A DNA stretch of 63,500 nt, the filler included, from Octopus bimaculoides (Eukaryota): NCBI RefSeq assembly GCF_001194135.2. It is 5 parts of 5 records of this genome, joined end to end, with 100 filler letters (N's around TTAATTAATTAA, not from the genome) between each part and the next. Parts side by side here need not be neighbours in the genome. Positions count along the whole stretch, not along the records: positions 1 to 16,171 come from NC_068985.1; positions 16,272 to 29,144 come from NC_068989.1; 3 more parts are not named here. The stretch is one strand, 5' to 3'. The stretch's first letter is position 1. Each line of letters begins with the position of its first letter. Below, in pieces: positions 13,331 through 26,457 of this stretch. The position numbers were made by a program, and so were the translations under genes. The notes below the pieces were generated by a model. The model ran no database searches. It was not told where the DNA came from and worked only from the letters and a program-made list of their open reading frames with translations.

Positions 13331-14395
13331 ATCTGATCTATATATATATATATTTCGTTTTTGTGTCTGGTTGGCAAGATTCGTTATGTGAATTCGTGTT
13401 TCGAAAGAAAAAAAAAAGGTGTTCTGTCTACGGAGAGTTATTATTCCAATTTTATTANNNNNNNNNNNNNNNNNNNNNNNNNNNNNNNNNNNNNNNNNNN
13501 NNNNNNNNNNNNNNNNNNNNNNNNNNNNNNNNNNNNNNNNNNNNNNNNNNNNNNNNNNNNNNNNNNNNNNNNNNNNNNNNNNNNNNNNNNNNNNNNNNNN
13601 NNNNNNNNNNNNNNNNNNNNNNNNNNNNNNNNNNNNNNNNNNNNNNNNNNNNNNNNNNNNNNNNNNNNNNNNNNNNNNNNNNNNNNNNNNNNNNNNNNNN
13701 NNNNNNNNNNNNNNNNNNNNNNNNNNNNNNNNNNNNNNNNNNNNNNNNNNNNNNNNNNNNNNNNNNNNNNNNNNNNNNNNNNNNNNNNNNNNNNNNNNNN
13801 NNNNNNNNNNNNNNNNNNNNNNNNNNNNNNNNNNNNNNNNNNNNNNNNNNNNNNNNNNNNNNNNNNNNNNNNNNNNNNNNNNNNNNNNNNNNNNNNNNNN
13901 NNNNNNNNNNNNNNNNNNNNNNNNNNNNNNNNNNNNNNNNNNNNNNNNNNNNNNNNNNNNNNNNNNNNNNNNNNNNNNNNNNNNNNNNNNNNNNNNNNNN
14001 NNNNNNNNNNNNNNNNNNNNNNNNNNNNNNNNNNNNNNNNNNNNNNNNNNNNNNNNNNNNNNNNNNNNNNNNNNNNNNNNNNNNNNNNNNNNNNNNNNNN
14101 NNNNNNNNNNNNNNNNNNNNNNNNNNNNNNNNNNNNNNNNNNNNNNNNNNNNNNNNNNNNNNNNNNNNNNNNNNNNNNNNNNNNNNNNNNNNNNNNNNNN
14201 NNNNNNNNNNNNNNNNNNNNNNNNNNNNNNNNNNNNNNNNNNNNNNNNNNNNNNNNNNNNNNNNNNNNNNNNNNNNNNNNNNNNNNNNNNNNNNNNNNNN
14301 NNNNNNNNNNNNNNNNNNNNNNNNNNNNNNNNNNNNNNNNNNNNNNNNNNNNNNNNNNNNNNNNNNNNNNNNNNNNNNNNNNCTTCCGATCTAAC

Positions 14396-14446
<51 letters not shown>

Positions 14447-15512
14447 GTATAAATACACACACACATATATACACATATATATAATATTTGTCTGTTCGCA
14501 AATATTTGTGTGTGAATGAGTGAGTGTACACATATATATCAGACATGGTTCCCATAACATTTGTCTATCAAATTCCATTTGCAAGTCATTGCCCCACACG
14601 AGGCTGTGAGTAAATTGCAGCAATGAGATCATGGGTGGAACTCTGAAGTTGCTTATACATTTTGGTGCTCTTTAGTCTTTCTGTTCATATCACATCCACA
14701 TTTTACTTTTGTTCCCATGACGGTGGGATTGACTAAATCAGAACTGTCCAGTACAAATATTATACTAATGAACTCTCTTCTTTAGTCACAAATATGTGAA
14801 GTTATGCCTCTGCTATGAATAATGTCATAAATAATTTGTTTTTTTGCTTCAAATTACGAGTTTATTTACTTTTATCTTTAGATAAATGTAAATGTTAATT
14901 ATTATTTAATTTCAGTCATAATTTTCATTTTAATAAACGTTAGAATTACATGAGCTCATGCTGCAAACATCTTGAAAATATAATTACAAATAAATATAAA
15001 ATATAAGCAAACTTAGAGGCGAAATATGAGGAAATACGCAAAGACATCCATGAAGAATTTAAGTTCGAAAATGAAATGACATTGAAAAAGCTCTATGGCT
15101 TTCTCTTTTATTCAATATATTTAATTTTAACTTCCATTATCCAAAAAGATATTTAATAAAATTTGTTTACATCGTGTTGGTTTATCGAAATACACTAATT
15201 AGATATATTTTAACACTATTTTTTTATTAGTTCTTTTCTTCTAACATTAATCATTTGGAATTATATATACTTCATATGATAATTAAGTTAAGAATAATTT
15301 CATAACTTAAAAAAAAAAAAAAAATTAATTTATGTTTATAGTAAATTGATCATTAATAAACACTGTTTAATATGCGAGTACATCGTGGATGAATTTGGAA
15401 ACAAACTCTGTCTGTCTAAAATACTAAAGCGGCTATTGCAAGATCCACATTGAAACCAAATAGCATACGTATGTATTAACCATTAAGGACAGAAGCCAGG
15501 GTTGATATATAC

Positions 15513-15627
<115 letters not shown>

Positions 15628-15869
15628 CGTATCAAAGTGAATTTCAGACGAGAACGGTTCAAGTCCAACAATGAATATTTTATACAGTAACATGACACGC
15701 AAAAGACTAACACCCAAATTTTCTTAATGTCGATGAAAAATGAGACAAATTAAACGATGCTCTTCAAGTAACATAGGATATTAAAGTTCAGGAGGTCTTC
15801 ATTATACGTAAACACATTCATGCCAAAATGAGGATTAAAAGCCTCTTGTAATATACTGACAATCACTTA

Positions 15870-16075
15870 GGCGGCGTGCTAACAGAATCGTTAGCACGCG
15901 GAGCACGATGCTTAGTGGGATTTCGTTTGTCTACACGTTCTGAGTTCAAATTCCACCGAGTTTGACTTTGCCACTCATCATTTCAGGGTCGACAGAATAA
16001 GTGCCTGTTGAACACTGGAGTTGATGAAATTGAGTGCCCAACGAAGTTGCAGGCCATAGGCTAAAATTTTGAAAA
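15870..16075 (+). mobile_element. SINE family A
   Basis: Same head, B-box and core as other copies. Confidence 0.85.
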
Positions 16076-16171
16076 CAATGATTTGACATTCTCAGTTTAT
16101 ATATATGTGTGTATACGTGAATACATACGTACGTAAGTATATACATACATACATACATACACATATATATA

Positions 16172-16271
16172 NNNNNNNNNNNNNNNNNNNNNNNNNNNNN
16201 NNNNNNNNNNNNNNNTTAATTAATTAANNNNNNNNNNNNNNNNNNNNNNNNNNNNNNNNNNNNNNNNNNNN
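16172..16271. other. Artificial scaffold-join spacer 44N-TTAATTAATTAA-44N
   Basis: Exactly 100 bp, identical to three others; stop codons in all six frames. Confidence 0.95.
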
Positions 16272-16302
<31 letters not shown>

Positions 16303-16399
16303 TTTGAATTAGAACTATTCACTAAGCTAACCTTGGTTGGATGAAAATTAACTAAGAACACTAATAACCAGTTAAATAAGAAAAAAAAACTGAGATCAA

Positions 16400-16862
16400 A
16401 TAATAAGACCAATTACAGACAGGCAAATACTTAGGAATCAATGCAATACTCAGAGTACAACACATAAATGAAAGAAAATATTAAGAAAGAATATCATAGA
16501 TAATTATATCAATCGTTAAAATTGAGTTAGATGCAAACGATAAGGCAATCGACATTAACCCTCTAGCTCTCTGTAGTATGTTAGTTATAATATTCTCGAC
16601 TAGAGTTAGATTAAATTAGCAAAAGTAGATAGGAAACCCGCAACTAATGCCTTCATTTAGAATACTCCACCCTAAATTCATGCTAAATTATTATATTTAG
16701 CATGAATGCGGGAAAGTAAGGACTCAATGATGCTAGAAAATTATTATAAAATAACCATTGTAGAATTACAAGCATATCTGGTTACAAACAATGAGAAACT
16801 AATAGAATATTTTATAAAATATGAACGAAATAAAAAATTTCGTCTACAAAGAAGCCAACAAA
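16400..16862 (+). pseudogene. Decayed Dong/R4-like RT fragment, continuing at ~18366-18500 after the mariner insertion
   Basis: KYLGI, KIELDANDKAI..N.LA, DRKPA motifs, ...VYKEANKY before the mariner and ERWQEKP after it. Confidence 0.6.
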
Positions 16863-16864
16863 TA

Positions 16865-18363
16865 CGAAGTGATATCAAAATGTTTCAGGACTAGTTATGT
16901 TTAATAAAAAAAAAATAACTTATTTACCTAAGTTTTAATATATCTCCTTCGAAATAGTCATCTTGCACAGCAATACACCGGTCCCAGCGTTCCTGCCACT
17001 TTTGGAATCCGGCCTGGAAGTCATTTTCCGTAAGCAACTCGAGGACCTTCTGCAGTTTGCTCTTGATTTCGACAACAGTGTTGAAACGGTGAGCTTTGAG
17101 CTGCATTTTCATCTTGGGGAAGAGATGGAAGTCCGCAGATTCTGAATCTGGCGAACAGGGTTGGTACAGAAGCGATACTACGTTGTCTTGGTGAGAAGCT
17201 GACGAATGAGGAGAGCTCGGCGACAGAGTGTATATCGTCGTGAAGAATCCAATTCTTTGTTGTTATTTTTTTATTGCCCACATGGAGCTAAACATAGAGG
17301 GGACAAACAAGGACAGACGAAGGGATTAAGTCGATTACATCGACCCCAGTGCGTAACTGGTGCTTAATTTATCGACCCCGAAAGGATGAAAGGCAAAGTC
17401 GGCCTCGGCAGAATTTGAACTCAGAACGTAACGGCAGACGAAACACCGCTCAGCATTTCGCCCGGCGTGCTAACGTGTCTGCCAGCTCACAGCCGTCCGA
17501 TTCTTTGTACTCCAATTCTTTGTACTCCACAGATCCGGTCACTTTCGTCGAACGTCCTTCTTCAAACGCTTCAAAACGTCGCAGTAGAATTCTCGAGTGA
17601 CGGTCTGGCTCTGGTGGACGAATTTGCGATGCCGAAAAAGCTCTCGATTAAGACGGGGCTCTATCGTGTTTCCTTTGGTCGTGGAGATGAAGGTCTCTTC
17701 CCCTGTGACGACTGCTGCTTCGTCTCAGGGTCGTACCCGTAGACCCAACTCTCGTCACTGGTGATGATCCTCAAAAAGTATGGGTCATCAACATACTTGA
17801 CAAATTTCGACGCGTTGTTTTCTTCTCGGTGGTCAGCAGGCAGGAGAACAAATTTGGCAGAGACACGCCACATGTTCCATTCAGACGTTAGGATTGCCTG
17901 TATAGACCCATACGACAGACCAACAATATCAGCTAGATCGTTGATTGTTCTCCGATGATCCTCATTCACAAGGTGAGGAATTTTCTCCACATTTCCAGAG
18001 TGATACTCGTGGCAGGTCTCCCAGATCACTCATCGTCTTCCAAGGACTTCTTCCGCTTTTGAAGCGCCCGTGCTACTTGAAACATTGCCTCATCGCTGTA
18101 TGCTTGCCAAAGCACGCTCAATGTCTTTGTAGCAGACTTCTTAAGATTAACGCAAAATTTCGCGTTGGTTCTTTGTTCCAACTTCCTGTCAATGACAATC
18201 GCAGACTTCATAACACTCGCAGACTACAGCATACACGTGATCGCAAAAACACAAATTTCACAACTTGTGAAGTAAACACAGCGATGTCACTCGGCACACT
18301 GCCTCATGAATATCACTTCTAGCTCTCGCAGTTGACATGCTACAGAACTAGTCCAGGAAGTCG
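16865..18363 (-). mobile_element. Near full-length, frameshifted mariner (D,D34D-type) transposon
   Basis: EQRTNAKFCV, EDHRRTINDLA..VGLSYGS, IITSDESWVYGYDPETKQQS, NWILHD, MKMQLKAHRF...WQERWDRCIAVQDDYFEG; TA on both sides; TIR remnants (CGA...GGACTAG), right TIR with an internal deletion. Confidence 0.9.
17261..17496 (-). mobile_element. SINE family A inserted in the mariner
   Basis: Full head and core; ~12-bp TSD ccaattctttgt (17249-17260) / ccgattctttgt (17497-17508). Confidence 0.92.
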
Positions 18364-19089
18364 TACGAAACAAAGGCTGAAGGAGCGGGCAGTTGTGGGA
18401 AGAAAGCAATATCAACAAGTAGAAATTGTTATAAAGCTAAGCACTAAACACTAAGTGTGGCTAAAGAATGCCATATTGGAGCGATGGCAAGAAAAACCCC
18501 AATATGGCTGATACTTAGAGAGCTCTAGGACTCATAAAGTCGGAACTTATCTCATATTTCATAGCTGTCTATTGCAGGGTAAACTTCCCAGCTATTGTTG
18601 GAACTTTCGGTTGTTTAGACTAGAACAACGTGAAATGCAATGTTTTGCTCATGAACATAAGGCACTGCCCAGTCAGGGAGAATTTTATCACTATGGCCAA
18701 CACCGAAAAAGTTAAACGAGCTGGAAATAATCAAAATGAAATCGTTGTACTATCTGAAAAATACAATATTCAGTACTGAGGTTAAAATATTGTTGATTTT
18801 GCACCATTAATCACTAAAACTATAAACTTCAGTAGGAGGTAGAGAAGAAAAGCAATTAACCAGGTTGCCATTTTTTGTCTCTTTCTTTCTGATTTATCTA
18901 ACTACAATAATAACCTAAACTTAAAATTATACCAATATTATAAAATAGAAATATGAAAGATGTAGTATAAACATAAACCAAATGCTAAAATGAACTGTCA
19001 AGAATAGTATCAAAGTTAATTGACTCGATAACATTATCATGAAGCACCAGGTATGAAAAGATAGAAGGAATATGCCTCGTAATCAAAGT

Positions 19090-19755
19090 ATCAGTTCCCC
19101 ACCTCCAGATGATAAAGTATCTCTAAGAGAAATAAAGACGTTATCCACATATATAAAGATCTGAAAATAGAGATAACGAGAAAGCTGCAACACCTGTAGC
19201 AATAAGTATCGTGGAAATAATGTAAAAACATATAATCAAAACCCCAGAACATGCAAATATGCACAGCATACACAAAATACCAGAGGTGAATACTGCACAA
19301 TAAGCTGCACAGTAAGCAGAAAAGTAAGTGCTCCAGCTTGATCAGCAACGAAGCAGGTGGTAATAAGATGACGAAAGTGATGTACGCATTCGCCACCTCC
19401 GCCCACTTGGAGGCCCAGACCAAACCAGACTCCGAGTAACTTAACCGGTCGTTCCATCCAGCGCCCGACGACGCTTTCGAGTGACATGGACCTACCTCTC
19501 CGGATGCCGAGTTGCAGGCCCACCGACTTTAGCGAGTTAATCTTTACTCCTGTAACCGCTTCGTATTACCTTAGGAAAGAGCCTACCACGACGATTAACG
19601 ATATGTCTGGCATTACTACGGTGATGTCATCCGCATAAGCTGACACGAATCTTCCGGATCCTCGTGCACGCGGAATACCCCTCGAAGCACCCAAGTTTCG
19701 TAGCAACGGCTTGAGATCCAGCACGTACAGAAGGGGCGAGAGGGGGCATCCTTGA
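19090..19755 (-). pseudogene. Tx1/L1-clade reverse transcriptase fragment
   Basis: QGCPLSPLLYVL, SAYADDITV (YADD at 19626-19637), KSVGLQLG, PVKLLGVWFG. Confidence 0.85.
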
Positions 19756-19867
19756 CAGATCCTTTCAGGGTCGATAAAATAAGTGCCAGTCAAGCACTGG
19801 AGTCATTGTAATCGGCTAGCCTTCCCCCAAAAAAACTTCCAGGCTTTCTGCCTATAGCAGAAAGAAC
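19756..19867 (+). mobile_element. SINE family A 3' half
   Basis: CCTTTCAGGGTCGATAAAATAAGTGCCAGT core and GGCTTTCTGCCTATAG end. Confidence 0.8.
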
Positions 19868-19981
19868 AGTTGTTGTTGTTGTTGTTGTTGTTGTTGTTGC
19901 TGCTGCTGCTGCTGTCGCTGCTGCTGCCGCCGCTGTTGCTGCCGCCGCCGTTGCTGTTGCTGCTGCTGCTGGCGTTGTTGT

Positions 19982-20105
19982 TTAGGCAGAAAGCCAAAAG
20001 TTTGGAGGAGAAGGGCTAGTTGATTCCTTCGACCCCAATATTTGACCAGTATCGACACCAGGGAGATGAAAGGCAAAGGTGGCTTCAGCAGGTCTTGAAC
20101 TCATA
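19982..20105 (-). mobile_element. SINE family A, degenerate, tail-to-tail with the previous copy
   Basis: Reverse complement has GAGTTCAAG..CTTTGCCTTTCATC..GGGGTCGA..GGCTTTCTGCCTA. Confidence 0.75.
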
Positions 20106-22560
20106 TCGCAAAATGCCAGGAGAAATGCTGCAATGTTTATATCTGTAATTCTAATAGCAACAATAAAAAAGACTTTAATCACTGCAATATTAACAACTAC
20201 AAAATATAACGGTAGCTGAAGTGTCCACCGCTTCCCTACCAGGAAACGTTCGACGCGGACTCCGTATTAGGAAATATGTAGGAAAGTGTAATGGTTTATC
20301 CTACAAGGCCTCGCTGCATTTGGAGAAAGACCCTTTATTGTTGTTATTGTCGGCACCTTTATTTTGTTGTGGTGGTTGTTGTTTAGCTCCAAGTCAGCCT
20401 ATGATCAAAGACGTTGCAGTTTTTACCCGAGTCTTTTGTGGGGAGAGGTGATTATCTAGCATGTCTCTTTTGAGATGATAGGATGCGATTTATACGTGAT
20501 TTAGCTAGTATTTCAAGCGTATCCAACGACTACATAGAAATTTAATACTAGGTCATTTACTGTGAGTAATATGTTTACTGGAAGTTCTGCTGATATGTCT
20601 GAATGTCTGAGGGGTAATTCCACATGTAGAGCAGAAACTGCGTGAATTGATGCTAGCTGCACAAGCACATGACTTTTAATTATGTAGGCGGTGTGAGGAT
20701 CTGGCTACTGAACAACTTTAATGATGCAAAGTGCGCTGTGTATGCGCAGGTGTTGGCGTAAATTCAGGCACAGTGCGTACCCAGTTGATGACAGGTGAGG
20801 AGACACTATAAGTTAAAAAACAATTAACTGATATTTGAAATCTATTTGAATAAGAGGTAATTGGTATATTGTTAATTTCAAGTGATTAATTCGTCTCAGC
20901 AAATGTAATAGAAAAAATGTGTGTAAGCGTGAGAGGAAAATGAACATCGTTAAAAAAATGTTACAGCTCTGTTGGAAACGATAAAACATTAAATTTCTAT
21001 GACGCAGAGAAGAAAATGAAACGTTCAGATATTTTGAAGATAATTGAAAAACTAGAAATAGTGTCAGCACAATTCACAGAAATTTTTTGACAGGAATCGT
21101 GACGAGAACACTTTGCTGTGACTCCTGTGAAAGAAAAAGCATGTTAAATGTGTAAGAATTATTATTTATTAAGGATAACTTTATGCTGAGGTAGGTTTAC
21201 GGCAGTCTCCGTGGATGGACTTTCATTTCTATGCTAAATTCGCTTTTGGTCGCTTCCGTCGCAGATGAACTTGAGAAAGAAATAAACGTGGTAGCTAGCT
21301 ATTTCTCGTCTATTTAAGAATATGGACATTAATGTTTGTTTGATAAATAATATTACCTTTGTTTTTTAGTATAGCAGTTCCTGTGGTACATTCTCAAGTA
21401 ATTGAACCATCTACTTTGGATTCTGTCTCCAGTCTCCATTGCCCCGTTTACATAAGTAGTATGGTGGAACCAGCTGAAAACGTTAGAGGACTTTCAGGCC
21501 ACATGCAACGCGTAGAAATGTCTTAACTCTTTGAGTACGCGAGTACGCTTTAGCGGACTCGATTTTGTCTGACTATATCCCTAAAAGATGCAAAAGAGGG
21601 TAGCCACATGATTTTGTGTTTACGGCTTTTCAGTCTTCCGGGAGTATAGTCAAAAGCAATCGTACCTGCCAAAGTGGATTCCTTTTTATTGTTTGAATTA
21701 TTTAAAGAATAACACAAAGAATGCTCTGGGAAGATTTCATATGGCCACAAAATAATAATAATAATAATCGTGGTTATTATTTCTTAAATAAAATAATTTT
21801 TGTCTTAATTCTAATCATAGCAAATCATTATTGTGTGATACTGATTCTTGCAACTGAAAACTGAGTGACCGAAGTACATCATTCATAGAATTTGTATTTA
21901 ATGACATAAAACTGAACTGAATGGATAAAGAAAGCGAGATAGCTTTGACTAACGATGTAATCTAAGGAAAATGCTTCGATTAAACAGATAATGTATCGCA
22001 CATACAATAATACTCAAAAACTGTGGTTAGATTATTTATCAAATGAACATCAATATTAAGGTCTTAAATAGACAAGAAATCATATTTTGACACGTTTATC
22101 GCATTTCTACAAGTGTTCACTCTTGAGGACTGTGAATACTAGAGTATCAATACAACAATGCTTAGGAATGGGCGCACATACATACATACATATATGTATA
22201 TATATATATATATATATATNNNNNNNNNNAGGGAAGCTAATCATACACACCTGAATCCTTATTTGCATTTTTGTTGTATTATTGTGAAATTGGAGGAAAT
22301 TAGTTGGGAGGAGGTCGATACTGCCATACAATTGATCCATGAGAAAGTGACCGTATTAGAATCATCTAGGAATTCTCCTTTAAGCTAAGATTTACCAAGT
22401 TAGGATTTTCAATAACTTCTTAATTAAGTATACTTACTTGTTTTTGATCGATAACTTTATAAAGTCTTACCGAGTTCGTGAGAGAATTTTTGCCGAGTCA
22501 CACAACCTGCACAACAGACTTTTGACTACCTTTCAATGATAATATCATAAGCACAAATAA

Positions 22561-22780
22561 GACGGAAAGCTGGCAGAATCGTTAGCACGCCGGGCGAAAT
22601 ACTTAGCGGTATTTCGTGCGTCTTTACGTTCTGAGTTCAAATTCCACCGAGGCTGACTTTGCCTTTCATCCTTTCGGGGTCGAGGAAATAAGTACCATTT
22701 GAACACTGAAATCTGTGTAATCGACTAGCTCTCTCCCCACAAAGTTCAGGCCTTGTACCTATAGTAGAAAAGAATATTAT
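22561..22780 (+). mobile_element. SINE family A
   Basis: Full head, B-box and core. Confidence 0.9.
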
Positions 22781-23993
22781 AAGCACCAGTTCAACAGTGA
22801 ATTTACAGAGGCGTTAGAATGTTAGATAGAATGATTCGCAATACCTGTTCCTATTCTTTGCGTTCAAATCCCATCGATGTTAACATTGCATTTTATTCAT
22901 TTGAAATCAGCAGAAAAAGCACCAATCAAATGTGGTAGATTGGCGGAACTGTTAGAATGTTGGTCAAGATGCTTTGAGGGATTTGTTCCCGCCTACCTCG
23001 ACACTAGTGCCAGGCTTCATCGGCCTAAGAAGGGGGTCTTTCTCTTTGATAAACATCGGTGACTTGGTGAGAGGAGAAGAGACTTGCCTGCATGTCCTAC
23101 TTACTAGCCTTATTCAAAAATTCCTGTCCAGGCGTGCACATATGCAGGTGCATCATCTACATTGGCCAACAGAGGCCCTACATAAGATAAAAAAGAGCAA
23201 TAATATACTGACGGGTCTCAAACCACTTATATATTGATTGCCAGGCGACTGCATTATCCATCAGGTTAAAGCAGTTATTGCATAATTGAAGAAAGGACAG
23301 ACTTATTAAAGCCTCGGATAAGTTATTTGCGGAAGTAAGGCACCTTTTCAGTTGAATTCCAATCATGCCTAAATCAATTTTACCTTTATTACTTCTGGGG
23401 ACGATAAAATAAAGTACCAGTCAAATACAAGGTTGATTTAACGGCTGAATACTCTGCAACAATGTGTGGCCTTGCTCCTCCGTGAGAAATCAATATCTGT
23501 GTCATCTTAAACCACGGGACAAAATATCTGGCAATAACGATGACATAGCCGCGGTTAGAAACGCCAATTGACACTTTCATTTCATCGGCTACTACCATAC
23601 CCTAGATAAACTCACACGGGGTAGATTAGAATTTCTCAAAAGTAACATTAAGAGCATCAGCAACTACAATATTACATTACACTTTGAAAATTTATTCCAA
23701 ATGTTTGATAGAACAGCTAACATCTATCATATTTGTAAAAAGGACAAAGACACGTTTATCACTTTAAGATGTGATAGTAAATATTGAACTGGACTTTGCG
23801 AAAAGGCTGCAACTCCTATATTCAGAATTACATGAAAAGTATTATCTCCTTTTGTAACCTACTGTTCATTTAAGAATACGGGAAAATAAAAATCTAATCT
23901 ACAGTTGAATTTGCTGAATCAACATTGTCCAGTTACCACACGTGTGCATACATATATAAACGCACACACTCCTTAACACACAAGCTTGCGCAT

Positions 23994-24041
<48 letters not shown>

Positions 24042-24479
24042 TGCCTCATACATTAATTCTTAAGTTCCCTACTATCACATATATTCAGACACGTATGTGT
24101 GTGCATGTAAAAAGGCTGTCTGTCTATGTATAACATATTTCCATTGAAATCTTCTTTACAGAAATGGTATTTACATAAACATTATTTAAAAAGCTAAAAA
24201 ATCATAAATTCAATTAAAATTTAACATGTAATAAATAATAAAGAAAATGATAAGATTATGATGAGACGTAAACGAGATAATAATTAGATAAAAAAAAGTA
24301 AAACATAAGAAAGTAAAAACGTAAAAAATATAAACATAAGCGAATGTTTGTAGGAAGTGGTATGGTAGAATATTCAGTTTTTTACGAGAAAGTGGAATTC
24401 TTCAATGTGAAAAATTGGATAGTAGGACAGTATACTTAAAAAAAAAATTGTTATCTATTTTCATATATAAAGGGCTTAT

Positions 24480-25480
24480 AGCGTTGAAATGATTTTGTAT
24501 ATTTTTAATAAACCGGTTATATACGGATATTCTTTGTGAATATTTGCTTATCAAAGTTTTCTTTGCATTTATGATATCATAAGTTTTGGTTCTATAAAGA
24601 TTACATAGTTTTAATACTGTTCTATGTCATAGCTTTCATTATTATATTCCATTTTGTACTGTATGTTGATACATGGTTTTTAGCTTCCATATATTGGTGA
24701 ATAATAAAGTATCTATATTTGTGTTAATGTTATGGAATGCATCCGCATTTTGGTTATAACGTATTTTGAAAGGATTCATTGTGTACCCAATCTATATTTG
24801 TTCAGCATTGTTCTTTTTATTGTGCTTAGGTTGGCAATGTCACTTGCCGTAAAATTTTGCTAAATTAAGTTGGTATTGTTGTTTTACAATTAAAGTTACG
24901 ATCGGTTTGGTTTTATTAACAGCTAATGTGTTAAGTTTATGGATATTACAAGTGGCGAAGATATTAGAAAATTTCAAGGGGAATTAAAACCTTCGATAAT
25001 CTTTTCGTTGGCAATGTATTAATATTTATGCACTGGAGGGAAATTTTTTCTTAATAATTTGAAAAAGATATTTCGTATGAGCGTTTTGACTTTAATATTA
25101 AAGAAAATATGAAACTAAGTCATATTTCGTTTGCTCATTTTTTTTTATTTTTGGTCGTAAATCTTGCAACTTCTTTGATATATTTTATTTTTACAATGAA
25201 TCCAATTTCTGTGGCTTGCTTATATAGTTGTTTCATTTTATTTATGATATGGTTAAAATAGAAACCTGTTCAAGTTGATGAAATTTCGATTGGATTCTCG
25301 TTTATGGTTCTAGCATGATTCAGAGGGCCCACAAGTAAAGATTTAGTGATGCATCTCGAACTATACGCACTTGCAATGTCTCTTTCAATGGATAGATTCA
25401 AACAATTGTATAACTGTTTTAGCGGTATGCCAAAAAGAAATTTGATACTTGTTATATGGGAGGAGTGCGTGTGTGTATGC
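24480..25480 (-). pseudogene. Highly decayed PLE C-terminal/GIY-YIG remnant
   Basis: Minus-strand IGYTMNPFKIRYNQ..AFHN motif; multiple stops. Confidence 0.55.
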
Positions 25481-26418
25481 ATACTTAAATAATAAATACA
25501 TATATACATATACATATACATTATGTGTGTGTGTGTGCGTGTGGGGTGTACAAATTATTTACAAAGAAAAAATATGCATTCTACTAAAACTTAATAACTG
25601 ATTCTGTTTAATGTAAAATTGTTTTTATACATAACTCCTCATACAAACCTTTATATATGTGCATGTGTTTGCGCACGCGTGTGTGTATGTGGATGTATGT
25701 ATGTATGTATATATTTATGTATGGATGGATGGATGGATAGATGGATGGATGGATGGATGGATGGATGGATGGATGGATGGATGGATAGATGTGTCTGTGA
25801 AAACTAAATCATACAAGCAAGGAGAATTATATTCAGAACGTAAAGTTTCTCTGAGTCAACAATTCGATGATCGTTGCACGTCTTCAGCTGTTGCAAGCAC
25901 GTGGCACTACCGATTACAAAGACACGAAAAACAAAATCACATGCGCCGCCAGTAGGCGGGAAAAATTCCTCTAGGCATAAGATAGCTCAAGGGAAAAACC
26001 CTTTCAGCTTTTANNNNNNNNNNNNNNNNNNNNNNNNNNNNNNNNNNNNNNNNNNNNNNNNNNNNNNNNNNNNNNNNNNNNNNNNNNNNNNNNNNNNNNN
26101 NNNNNNNNNNNNNNNNNNNNNNNNNNNNNNNNNNNNNNNNNNNNNNNNNNNNNNNNNNNNNNNNNNNNNNNNNNNNNNNNNNNNNNNNNNNNNNNNNNNN
26201 NNNNNNNNNNNNNNNNNNNNNNNNNNNNNNNNNNNNNNNNNNNNNNNNNNNNNNNNNNNNNNNNNNNNNNNNNNNNNNNNNNNNNNNNNNNNNNNNNNNN
26301 NNNNNNNNNNNNNNNNNNNNNNNNNNNNNNNNNNNNNNNNNNNNNNNNNNNNNNNNNNNNNNNNNNNNNNNNNNNNNNNNNNNNNNNNNNNNNNNNNNNN
26401 NNNNNNNNNNNNNNNNNN

Positions 26419-26456
<38 letters not shown>

Positions 26457-26457
<1 letters not shown>

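Noticed and set aside
19852-20076. PolyQ-like ORF
   Set aside because: Translation of a (CAA)/(CAG)/(CGG) microsatellite between two SINEs.
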